Shown piece by piece: positions 18,751-27,301 of a stretch of DNA of 47,694 nucleotides. The notes beneath the pieces were generated by a model. It saw only the letters and a list, made by a program, of their open reading frames with translations. It was not told where the DNA came from and ran no database searches. Made by a program: the position numbers and the translations under genes. Every line of letters begins with the position of its first letter. Position 1 is the stretch's first letter. Source of the stretch: an uncultured Gemmatimonas sp. (GTDB lineage Bacteria > Gemmatimonadota > Gemmatimonadetes > Gemmatimonadales > GWC2-71-9); contig CAZYPO010000004.1 of the NCBI GenBank assembly GCA_964649225.1, forward strand, positions 44,825-92,518, read 5' to 3'.

Positions 18751-20079
18751 TCACTGGTCTCCGCGAGTCAACGTCCAGTCCCCCGGCCTGCGACCGCGCA
18801 CCAGGCGCCATCCGGGCGAGAGCTCGAGCACCCAACCCGGCCCCGCCAATCGGCGACCCGTCGTCACCTCGGGGGCCGGGGCCGGGACCACGAGGCGCCG
18901 CCAGTCGGCGGAGATCAACCCACCGGACGCATCGGTCTGCAGCACGCCCCAGCGATCCGTTAGCCGCAGCGATCCGTAGATCGTTCCCAGGGAATCCAGC
19001 GCCTCCACCTTGCCGGGATCGAACCCCAGCTTCATCTCCGCGAGGGGCAGCTCGAGCGCGGGCCCGCTCACGAAGCGACGGCGCAGCCCCGCGAGCCGCG
19101 CTTGCTGCTCCGCCGCTCGGGTCGTCTCGGCCCGTCGCACCGCCGCATATCCGTAGCTCCCCGCCCGAGCGACCGCCGTCGCCGTCCGGACGCCCGCAGG
19201 CGCCGCTATCGCCACCTCAAGCCGGTACGCCAGATCGTCGCCGGGCCGCAGGGCGGTGCGCCAGCCGGGCGCCAGCGCGTCGAGGAAAAAGCCGTAGGCC
19301 GGACCGGTTTGATAGGCGAAGCTGCGTTCGTAATGGGTCGCACTGTCGAGCGTGAGCAGGCGCGCCGCCACCAGGGTGCGGCGCAGCGCGGTGTCCGCCG
19401 TCGCGAGGGCGATCCCGGTGTATTCGGCGAGGCCCTCGTTGAGCTCGAGCTGCCGCTCGCTCGAATCGGCGGCGGGGAAGCGGTGCCGCCGGGCGCGCCG
19501 GAACAGCAGCGCGTCGCGGAGCGCCCGGGGGCGGGCGGGCGGAAGCGCCGTGAGCGCCTGGCGCAGCGCGCGTGCCTCGAGCCGGAGCCAGAGCCGGCCA
19601 TCCCGGCTGCCGAGATGCGGGTTAGGCGGATCGCGCGCCGGCAGGCCCAGGCTGTCCTGGAGGCGGTGCCACAGCTCATGGGCCAGGAGCACGGCCCGGG
19701 CCAGTGAATCGGCCGGTGGCGGCCACAGCACCATGGCCCAGGAGCGACTGGCCCAGCGAATCGGCGCGTTCGCGGCGTTCTCGCTCGCGGGCAAAAGGCC
19801 GGAGTAGAATGCCCCCGCGGGGCGGAGCTGTCCCTCGGGGTCGGCCGTATCGGCGAGGAGTGCGCGGCTGCGGGGGTCGACGAAGAGGATCGGGCCGCCG
19901 AGCGAGCGGCCCCACAACACGGCCGCGTCACGCGAGGTGAGCTCGGCGGCTTCGCGGAAATAGCGGCGAGCCAGCGCGGTGTCGAACCCGAAGCCGGAGG
20001 CCGCGGGGGCTTGCGCAAAGCCGGCGCCAGTGAAACCGCCGGCCAGCAGCAGGAACGCGAGCACTCGACGAGGCATCAT
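18751..20079 (-). CDS. Exported hypothetical protein with gluzincin-like zinc motif
   Basis: Signal peptide; HELWH plus downstream NEGLAEY. Confidence 0.7.
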   Translation of the reverse strand: MMPRRVLAFLLLAGGFTGAGFAQAPAASGFGFDTALARRYFREAAELTSRDAAVLWGRSLGGPILFVDPRSRALLADTADPEGQLRPAGAFYSGLLPASENAANAPIRWASRSWAMVLWPPPADSLARAVLLAHELWHRLQDSLGLPARDPPNPHLGSRDGRLWLRLEARALRQALTALPPARPRALRDALLFRRARRHRFPAADSSERQLELNEGLAEYTGIALATADTALRRTLVAARLLTLDSATHYERSFAYQTGPAYGFFLDALAPGWRTALRPGDDLAYRLEVAIAAPAGVRTATAVARAGSYGYAAVRRAETTRAAEQQARLAGLRRRFVSGPALELPLAEMKLGFDPGKVEALDSLGTIYGSLRLTDRWGVLQTDASGGLISADWRRLVVPAPAPEVTTGRRLAGPGWVLELSPGWRLVRGRRPGDWTLTRGDQ

Positions 20080-20114
20080 CCGGAAGATGCCTCAACCATC
20101 CGGATGGTTGCCTC
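20070..20114. repeat. Two adjacent palindromes centred on TCCGGA
   Basis: gaggcatcatccggaagatgcctc (20070-20093, one mismatched pair) and perfect caaccatccggatggttg (20093-20110). Confidence 0.75.
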
Positions 20115-20119
20115 GGGAT

Positions 20120-20572
20120 TCAGGGAGTGCAGCCTTCCTTCCGGCGCGTATCGGCGAGATCGATGATCCTCCAGCCTTCCGCGGTCCGCACCAGGTGGAA
20201 GGTGTCGACGCCGCAGTGAGAGAATCGGGTGCCCACGTAGAAGTTGTACTCCGCCCAGACCGAAGCCAGCCCGCCGTCCACCTTCACGACCGGGTTCCGC
20301 AATCGCTCATCGAAGGGCTCCACTCCGCGGGACACCGCGGTGAGCCAGCCGTCGGTGCTTTCGACGCTGGCGGTCGGCGCCCCGTCCTTGACGCCCGAAG
20401 AAACCAGGCGCGCCTGGGGGTGGAGCACCGCCCGCATCTTGACGGTATCGTGCACCTTCATGCCATCGAACAACTGCTGCACCACGGCCATCACTTCGCG
20501 CTCGGGCTGCTGCGCGCTGACTAGCGAGACTCCAGCGAGCAGCAGCGCTGCCGGGAAAACCATGAATCGCAT
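20120..20572 (-). CDS. Exported NTF2-like (lumazine-binding/DUF4440-type) protein
   Basis: Signal peptide, GGAG RBS; LASVWAEYNFY...FSHCGVDTFHLVRTAEGWRI. Confidence 0.85.
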   Translation of the reverse strand: MRFMVFPAALLLAGVSLVSAQQPEREVMAVVQQLFDGMKVHDTVKMRAVLHPQARLVSSGVKDGAPTASVESTDGWLTAVSRGVEPFDERLRNPVVKVDGGLASVWAEYNFYVGTRFSHCGVDTFHLVRTAEGWRIIDLADTRRKEGCTP

Positions 20573-20614
20573 GCGCCGCTCCAACAGGAAGAAGCAACCT
20601 CACCCTGATGGAAG

Positions 20615-21796
20615 CTACTGACAGGTCACCTTCCGGTCGAATCGGGGCGTCTTCCCGGGCGTGACATTGATCTGAATGAGCAGCTGGCCGGTACCGGGGG
20701 TGTTGGCCGGCAGGAGCTGCTGGTGCTGGGTGCCCATGACCTCCCCGCCCGGTGCGCCGGCGCGGCTGTCCTGCCATTCGCTCACCTTGGCGCGGAGCGC
20801 CGTGCCTGCCGGGAGCCAGCTTGAGATGTCGAACGGGATAGCGACCAGGTCGCCGTCGGCTCGGAACACCTTGCGGAGATCACCGGTCGGCAGCGTAGTG
20901 ACCTCCTGATCGAGCGCAATGGGGCCCTGCACCAGGAGGAAATCGCCCGGGCCAGTGGCGCAGAACGGCTTCGGAATGATCTGATTGAAGTCGATCACGA
21001 AGTGTTGCGAGGCGTTCGGCGCAGCTGCCGCCGCTTGGCCGGCGAGGAAGAACGACGTCGCGTGGCCGTCGGTGGCGATACCGACATCCGAAGTGACGTT
21101 GCTCAGCGGACCGCCGATCAAGCTGCGTAGTCCGACGGGTAGCCCATTGTAGATCAGCGCGGGAATGGCCCGATGCGAGGGCGCCGCGTTGATCGCTCCC
21201 GCATCCGACGGCGGTGCGCCGAGCAGCCCGGTGCGCGCGATATCATAGGTCAGCAACTGCTCGGCGAGCTCCCAGCTCAGGACCTGGTGTTCGGTCGTGC
21301 CGGGGATCACCACCTCGAAGTGCGCGTTACCGATGGTGAAGGCGCCCAGCTTGACCAGCCGGAGGTGGAAGCGGATCGGGCCGTAGGTTCCGCACTGCAG
21401 CTGCACCGCGGTACCACCCCAGCCGGCATCCTCTCCAAATCCGGCCATCAGCCCACCGATGGCATCGGACCAGGTACAGGTGAAGGGGAATACGGGTGGA
21501 AAGGGCGCCCCACGATTGCCGTCCAAGCCGAGCAGCGCATTGCGAATGGCGCGCGGGTCGGCCTTGCCGGTAAAGACCAGATTCACCGGATCCTGCAGGG
21601 TCTCGAGATTGTCGGTGAGATAGGGCCAGATCTGAGCCGAGCCGGTGCCGATCGGAATCGTGGCGAGCGGGCTGACCGGCAGGACGGACTGGCGCGTCGA
21701 GATCTGGGCCGGCGCGGTGAGGATGCCATCGGGATGATCGCCGCAGGCCGTGATCGAGAGGCTGAGGAGCGCCCCCGCCGTAAATGCGTACCGCAT
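20615..21796 (-). CDS. Lipoprotein, possibly LssY C-terminal-like domain
   Basis: Lipobox ITAC, GGAGG RBS; DPVNLVFTG, RFHLRL and GNAHFE resemble LssY_C motifs. Confidence 0.65.
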   Translation of the reverse strand: MRYAFTAGALLSLSITACGDHPDGILTAPAQISTRQSVLPVSPLATIPIGTGSAQIWPYLTDNLETLQDPVNLVFTGKADPRAIRNALLGLDGNRGAPFPPVFPFTCTWSDAIGGLMAGFGEDAGWGGTAVQLQCGTYGPIRFHLRLVKLGAFTIGNAHFEVVIPGTTEHQVLSWELAEQLLTYDIARTGLLGAPPSDAGAINAAPSHRAIPALIYNGLPVGLRSLIGGPLSNVTSDVGIATDGHATSFFLAGQAAAAAPNASQHFVIDFNQIIPKPFCATGPGDFLLVQGPIALDQEVTTLPTGDLRKVFRADGDLVAIPFDISSWLPAGTALRAKVSEWQDSRAGAPGGEVMGTQHQQLLPANTPGTGQLLIQINVTPGKTPRFDRKVTCQ

Positions 21797-21856
21797 AGAC
21801 CAGTTGCCTCCGTTGAGGTGACGACGACAGGATCGCCGTTGGGCCTCAAGCCGGAG

Positions 21857-23764
21857 TCAAGCGGGCGGGGGAACCCCGGCGCGCTCGCGGATGCGCGCCC
21901 GCTGGCCGGGGGTCAGCATGTCGCGGGCGATCACCTGCCGCGCCAGCCGGGCAACAAACCCATAGCCCTGCCCATCGGCCTCGAGCCAGCGCTGCCATTC
22001 CAGCTCATCGAGCGCAGCCTGCAATGCCGCGGCGTCGAGACCGGTAGCGCGTGCGAGGAGAGACTCGGTCACGCGGTCCTGCAGCACCGCCGCGGCGGCC
22101 AGCGTCTGCTGGGCGTTTTGGCTCAGACGCCGGAATCCGATGCGCACCGCCGCGATCACGGTATCGGGAAGATCCCCCGGCAGGCTCTGGGTCAGGGTGC
22201 GAAACGGTTCGGGCCAGGAGGCGGAGCCCTGCGGCAGGTCGAGTCCCTGTGCCACGGCTGAGAGCAGCTCCACCGCCAGGATGGGAAGACCCGCCGAGTC
22301 GCTCGCCACCCGTCTACTAACCCGCTCGAGGGCCACCGCGTCATAGGCCGGCAGCGCCCAGGCGGCCAGCTGCTTGAGCGCGGCGGCGTCGAGCGGCCCG
22401 ACCGAGAGCATGGCGCCTGGCACCTCATGGCCCAGGCGTCGCCGCAGCTCGTCGAGCTCTTCGCGGGGAGGTTCCGGCAGGGCCGCGAGCACGAGGCACA
22501 GGGGGGCGCGGGAGCAATCGCGCAGCGCGGCGAGCAGCGTCAGCAGCGAGGCCCGGTCGATCCACTGGGCGTCGTCGACCACCAGGAGCACAGCGCCGCT
22601 CTCGAGGGCTGCCTCGAGCACGGCGAGCATCGCCTGGGAGAGCGGCAGCGGCGGGTCGGCGACCTTCGCGGCGCGAAACCGCTCAGCCCAATCGGGAAGC
22701 ACGGCGGCGAAGACGGCGAGCGCCTGGGAAGACGCCGCCGGCAAACCGGGAGCCCCGAGCAGCCCCCCGCGGGCGAGCCCAAGGAGGCCACTGGCCGGCT
22801 CGGCAAGGTCGCCCTCGACCGCGCGGACCAGGGCGATGCTGCCGCCCCCGAGCCGCGCTCGAGTGGTGAACTCCTCGAGCAACCGGGTCTTTCCGCTCCC
22901 CGAATCACCCTCCAGTACGATCGCGGTAGCCCCCGACCCGGACCGGCAGCGTTCCCAGAGCGCGAGCAGTTCCGCGAGCTCCCGGGCGCGGCCTACCAAG
23001 GGGGCGCGGCGCCGCTCGACAGTGTCGGGACTGGGCTCGGGCGGCCGGGGCCCCTTGGCGCCGCGGATCCGTTCGGCCAGGATGCGCGTGGCGTCGGCGG
23101 GGGCCGTCCCGACGTCCCGCGCCAGCAGACCAGCGAAGCGCTCATAGTGCGCGCCCGCGGCGGCCGCGTCTCCCCGCACCGCAAGGGCGGTCATCGCAGC
23201 GCGCGCGGCGAGGTCGGAATGCGGATCGAGGGCCTCCGCCCGGCGGGCCGCCGTGAGGGCATCACTCGCGTGCCCCTGCGCGAGCAGCGCTTCGGACAAC
23301 CCCAGCAGCGCCACCAGGGACCGTGCGCTCCAATGCAACCGTTCCGTGGTGAGCCAGTCTTCGAAGGCTTCGGCGCCGGCGACCGCGAAGCCCTCGAGGA
23401 ATTCCCCCGCGACGATCCCGGCGGCTTCGGCCCAGGCCTTGTCCGCGATCCAGCGGTCGAGCGCGTCGGCGTCGAGCTGCACCGCGCCGTCAGCCAGACG
23501 CACCTGGCCGGCCGTAGCCTCGACCGCGGCATCACCGGCCGCGCGGCGCAGCACTCGGAGCGCCTCGTTGAGGGAGTGGCGCGCGGCGCTCTCTTCCTTC
23601 TCGGGCCAGAGCAAGCCGGTGAGGTGCTCGCGGGTACGCGCCCGCTTGGGTGAGCGCACCAGGTAGACGAGGAGGGCGAGATGCTTCCGCCAGAGCAGCT
23701 CGGGCGGAGCAGGCGCCCCGTCCACATCCAGGCTGACCGGGCCGAGCACGCGACAGGTGATCAC
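21857..23764 (-). CDS. SARP-type regulator: wHTH + BTAD + AAA/STAND-like ATPase
   Basis: REHLTGLLWPE...ARHSLNEALRVLR, GEFLEGF...FEDWL, LVGRARELAEL, Walker A GDSGSGKT, Walker B VVDDAQW; GTGA overlap with the kinase stop. Confidence 0.88.
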   Translation of the reverse strand: MITCRVLGPVSLDVDGAPAPPELLWRKHLALLVYLVRSPKRARTREHLTGLLWPEKEESAARHSLNEALRVLRRAAGDAAVEATAGQVRLADGAVQLDADALDRWIADKAWAEAAGIVAGEFLEGFAVAGAEAFEDWLTTERLHWSARSLVALLGLSEALLAQGHASDALTAARRAEALDPHSDLAARAAMTALAVRGDAAAAGAHYERFAGLLARDVGTAPADATRILAERIRGAKGPRPPEPSPDTVERRRAPLVGRARELAELLALWERCRSGSGATAIVLEGDSGSGKTRLLEEFTTRARLGGGSIALVRAVEGDLAEPASGLLGLARGGLLGAPGLPAASSQALAVFAAVLPDWAERFRAAKVADPPLPLSQAMLAVLEAALESGAVLLVVDDAQWIDRASLLTLLAALRDCSRAPLCLVLAALPEPPREELDELRRRLGHEVPGAMLSVGPLDAAALKQLAAWALPAYDAVALERVSRRVASDSAGLPILAVELLSAVAQGLDLPQGSASWPEPFRTLTQSLPGDLPDTVIAAVRIGFRRLSQNAQQTLAAAAVLQDRVTESLLARATGLDAAALQAALDELEWQRWLEADGQGYGFVARLARQVIARDMLTPGQRARIRERAGVPPPA

Positions 23765-26511
23765 GGGGTAGTGGCGCACCCCAGCCGCTTGAGCGAGCGC
23801 TGGGCGGAATCGGCTCTGGCCCCGTAGGGTGCCGGTGCGCCGTGCCAGAGCCGAGCCACGGCTTGGTAAGTGCTGCAGTGCTCGACCGTACCCGGGTCAA
23901 CCGTCTCAAGCAATTGGGAGCGCTTCCAGCGCACCAGGGTCCCCAGCGACCACGCCAGCTCGCCGGCCTGGGGATCCTGGTTCAGATGCCCTGAGAGTTG
24001 GACATGCTCCTGCCAGCGAAGCAGGTCGCGGGCGTCATTGGATTGATTGAGCTTCAGGAGTGACTCGCTGCGCAACAGGCGAACCACGGCATCCTCCAGC
24101 GGATCGTCGTAGTCCTGCTCATCCTCGAGTGGCGGCAGGCGCGGAGGAGCAGTGCCATGCTCCGCCGCGTCGAGGATCTGGGCGAACGATCCAGCCGGAA
24201 CTCCCACGCCGAGCGCGCGCCGAGCGGTCGCCACCAGCGCCGGGTTATGCGAACGCACCGCCAGCAAGCCCAGCGCCCAGGCCGCTCTCGGACCGAGGGC
24301 GGAGCCGCCCAGCCGACGCAAAAGAGCCTCGCTGAGGGTTGCGTCGGCGCACAATGTCGGCTCCGGATCGAAGCAGCGCAGCACGACCTCGAGCTCGAGC
24401 GCGAGGAGAGCCTTCGCCTCGTCGCCTTCTCTCCGCAAGCGCTCACCGGTCGCGCGCAGCAAATCGAGCTGGCCCAGGGCGGCGTACCCACTGAGTTGCC
24501 CGAGCAGTCCGCCATTCACCGCCGCGGGGTCACCGGTCATCCGGGCAAACATCGCTCCGAGCTCGACTGCTCCCTTCGGCGCGTCCAGCATCATCAGGAG
24601 GCGTGCCCCGCCCGCCGCGTCGGGATTGGAGCGGACGCTCTGCTCCCCGAGCGCCTCCTTGGTCCTTTGGCGGGCTGTGGCCGGATCCAGAAATCGCCAG
24701 AGGTAGCCGAGATTGAGCAGCGTCCGAAAGGCAGCGGAGAATCGACTCCCGACCCGCGCTTTTCCGAGCGCCGCGAGCGCGCTGTACGTGCCAGCCGAAT
24801 CGCCCTGAAGGATGCGGAAGAACGCGAGGTGCTCCCAGCCCGGGTCAAAGTGCGGAGCGAGCTGCACCGTCCCAATCAGGGGCTCACCGGCTTCGCTGCG
24901 AAGCCGTCCGTACAGGGCACCCCGGTGGAACAGCTCGTCCCCATAGTGAAAGGCGGCCAGGAAGAACTTGTCCCACGTTTTAGCGACCTGCTTCAGAGTG
25001 TCCAGCCGGCCTGGAAGCGGCGCGTTCATGGCACGGATCAGCGCCTGGTAGACCGGAGTGAAGCGGTCCTGCTCCCGCTGGAGCCGGCCCAGGCGCGCCG
25101 TATCCTGCGGGTCTCCCAGCCAGCGCGCGATGTCGAGGAGGCGAAACGAACACAACGCGCAGGTGGAATCGCGGTCGGCCACCTGGTACCCGTCGTTCGC
25201 CTCTTCCCATTGCGCGCGCGACCAGAGCTGCTCCGCCCTGAAAAACAACAGGCGGCCCTCGGTGGATTTTGGGAGGGCGCCGGTGGGCAGGAACTTGTCC
25301 TCCTGTTCCCAGATCGCCTGTACCAGATCGGCGGCAATCGTGTCGGTGGCGGCGTGCCACTCTCTTGAGGATGCTTCCCGGCGTGGCACCGCAAGCGGAG
25401 CGCTCTGCGAGCGGCGGTCGGGTCGATCCTGGACCGTGAGCGCGAGATGTTCGCCGGCCAGCGCGGCGGTCCCGCCCAGCCGAAGCACCGTCGAATCCGG
25501 GTCGTTCGGGCCGGCGGGGAGGACGTTGAAGTCGGGGTAGCCCCTGAGCCGCTGGCGAATCGCTTCCGCGATCGAGTCTCCCAGCGCCGGGCCCACTCCC
25601 GCGAAGCGCTCCACCACGATGGTCAGCCCGGCACGGGCCGAGCGCGGGTGACGACCGAGCACCCGATAGCCGACCATCACCAGTCCAAGGAGCAAAACCG
25701 CCGCGAGCAGCACCGCGCGGGGCGGCACCCGGCGGCCGCCCGCACTGATCGCCCCCGCAAACTCGCGCGCGTTCTCCCAGCGCTCCTCCGGCGCCAGCTC
25801 GAGCGAGCGGCGGACCGGTGTCGCGAGCCCGGGAGGCAGCCGACCCCAGTCGGCGCTCTCCGGATCCTGGTAGAACGGCCAGCGCACCGCGGTGCAGGCC
25901 TCCCAAATGACCAGCCCGGCGGCATACACGTCGGTCCGGGTCGTGGCCGGCAGCCCGTCGCGCTGTTCAGGCGCCATGTAGCGAGGGGTACCGATCAGCT
26001 GGCCCGGCGTCGTGAAGGCCTGCGCGTTCTCCTCCCGCCAGCGCGCGATGCCGAAGTCACCCAGCAACGCGCGGCCGTCTCGAAGAAAGACGTTGGCGGG
26101 CTTGACGTCGCGGTGCACCACACCGAGGGCGTGGGCGGCGCTCAGCGCCGCGAGCAGATCCTGGGCGAGCCGGATGGCCTCGGCGGGCGGCAGCGGCCCG
26201 CCGGAGAGGCGCTCGGCCAGGGTCTCGCCCTCGACGAACTCCATGACGTAATACAGCAGCCCGTCGGACTCGCCGGCATCGTAGACCGACACGATGTTGG
26301 GATGGGCGAGCCGCGCGAGCAGGCGGCCCTCGGCGAGAAAGCGCTCGGCGGCGATCGCGGTGGCCTGCTCCGGCCGCAGAACCTTGACCGCGACCCGGCG
26401 ATCGAGCCGCCGCTGGCGTGCGGCGAAGACCACCCCCATGCCGCCGGCGGCGATTTCCCGCAGGATTTCGTAATCGGGCGCGAGGGCACGCTGGACCCGC
26501 TCGATCAGCAT
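23761..26511 (-). CDS. Membrane-anchored Hanks-type Ser/Thr protein kinase with large helical C-terminal domain
   Basis: AGGMGVVF, VAVK, HRDVKPAN, DFG, GTPRYMAPE, DVY; TM segment after the kinase domain; start moved to ATG 26511. Confidence 0.92.
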   Translation of the reverse strand: MLIERVQRALAPDYEILREIAAGGMGVVFAARQRRLDRRVAVKVLRPEQATAIAAERFLAEGRLLARLAHPNIVSVYDAGESDGLLYYVMEFVEGETLAERLSGGPLPPAEAIRLAQDLLAALSAAHALGVVHRDVKPANVFLRDGRALLGDFGIARWREENAQAFTTPGQLIGTPRYMAPEQRDGLPATTRTDVYAAGLVIWEACTAVRWPFYQDPESADWGRLPPGLATPVRRSLELAPEERWENAREFAGAISAGGRRVPPRAVLLAAVLLLGLVMVGYRVLGRHPRSARAGLTIVVERFAGVGPALGDSIAEAIRQRLRGYPDFNVLPAGPNDPDSTVLRLGGTAALAGEHLALTVQDRPDRRSQSAPLAVPRREASSREWHAATDTIAADLVQAIWEQEDKFLPTGALPKSTEGRLLFFRAEQLWSRAQWEEANDGYQVADRDSTCALCSFRLLDIARWLGDPQDTARLGRLQREQDRFTPVYQALIRAMNAPLPGRLDTLKQVAKTWDKFFLAAFHYGDELFHRGALYGRLRSEAGEPLIGTVQLAPHFDPGWEHLAFFRILQGDSAGTYSALAALGKARVGSRFSAAFRTLLNLGYLWRFLDPATARQRTKEALGEQSVRSNPDAAGGARLLMMLDAPKGAVELGAMFARMTGDPAAVNGGLLGQLSGYAALGQLDLLRATGERLRREGDEAKALLALELEVVLRCFDPEPTLCADATLSEALLRRLGGSALGPRAAWALGLLAVRSHNPALVATARRALGVGVPAGSFAQILDAAEHGTAPPRLPPLEDEQDYDDPLEDAVVRLLRSESLLKLNQSNDARDLLRWQEHVQLSGHLNQDPQAGELAWSLGTLVRWKRSQLLETVDPGTVEHCSTYQAVARLWHGAPAPYGARADSAQRSLKRLGCATTP

Positions 26512-26521
26512 GCGGGTTATG

Positions 26522-26905
26522 TCATGGTGACGCGGGAGGGGTGCTGCGCCGGGCGGGATCGGCCAGCAGGCGTTCGGTGAAATCCACCCGCTCGGCGAGC
26601 TCCGACACCTCGTGCCGGAGGGACTCGATCTCGTCGAGCAGCTCCTGGGGCACACCGTGCGCGAGCGCGCTGTTGTCCTCCGGATCCCACGAGCGAACGC
26701 GCAGTCCGTCCACGTCGCGGAATTCTCCGCTCGCGATCGTGATCAGGTCGTAGAGCCACCAGAGGCCCATGCCGCCCAGGGTGCAGAGCTGCAGCAGCCC
26801 GGTGCCGATCTTACCCACGTAGAACCGGTGGGCGCCGAACACGCCGAGAGGAATGCAGAGTGCGAGCGCGACGGCCCGCGACTTTTCCGATGGAGCTGAG
26901 GCCAT
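26522..26905 (-). CDS. TM2 domain-containing protein with C-terminal coiled coil
   Basis: KSRAVALALCIPLGVFGAHRFYVGKIGTG...WWLYDLITI; ELAERVDFTERLL tail. Confidence 0.88.
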   Translation of the reverse strand: MASAPSEKSRAVALALCIPLGVFGAHRFYVGKIGTGLLQLCTLGGMGLWWLYDLITIASGEFRDVDGLRVRSWDPEDNSALAHGVPQELLDEIESLRHEVSELAERVDFTERLLADPARRSTPPASP

Positions 26906-27075
26906 TGGTCGAGATTCGGGATGGGGGGATTCGGGACTCGAGGTAACGTAGCTGCCGCTGCGGGGCCCCGCTAGCTTCCCGGACCGTACGTCTCCTGCCT
27001 TTGGCTTGCCTGCTCACGACCCCATGCCAGGTCTCCTACCCGCGGCAGTGGATTCCCCTGCAGAGCCAGACCCAG

Positions 27076-27272
27076 GCGGAGGTGCGCGAAGCGGCCTTCG
27101 CCGCGAGCGGCACGGCCATCTCCGCGAAGGGAAAATCGGAGGTCTGGATCGCGACGGGAGGGGGACGCACGCACGGGTGCTGTATTCTCCCGATCGAGGG
27201 CAACACTGGGAGGCCGTTACAACTCCAGCGAGCGGAAACGCGGCCAAGGGGTTTTTCGGCATCGCGATCGGG
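27076..27272 (+). pseudogene. Frameshifted internal remnant of a BNR/Asp-box beta-propeller protein (boundaries approximate)
   Basis: EAAFAASGTAISAKGKSEVWIATGG continues in another frame as THARVLYSPDRGQHWEAVTTP...GFFGIA (Asp box SxDxGxxW); shift at G-run 27160-27164. Confidence 0.7.
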
Positions 27273-27301
27273 CGACGCGGGCCGCCTGGCCAAACTGGAG
27301 C

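Noticed and set aside
21857-26511. Kinase plus STAND-like ATPase as an anti-phage defence system
   Set aside because: No nuclease, TIR or other effector domain; the wHTH-BTAD N-terminus indicates a transcriptional regulator
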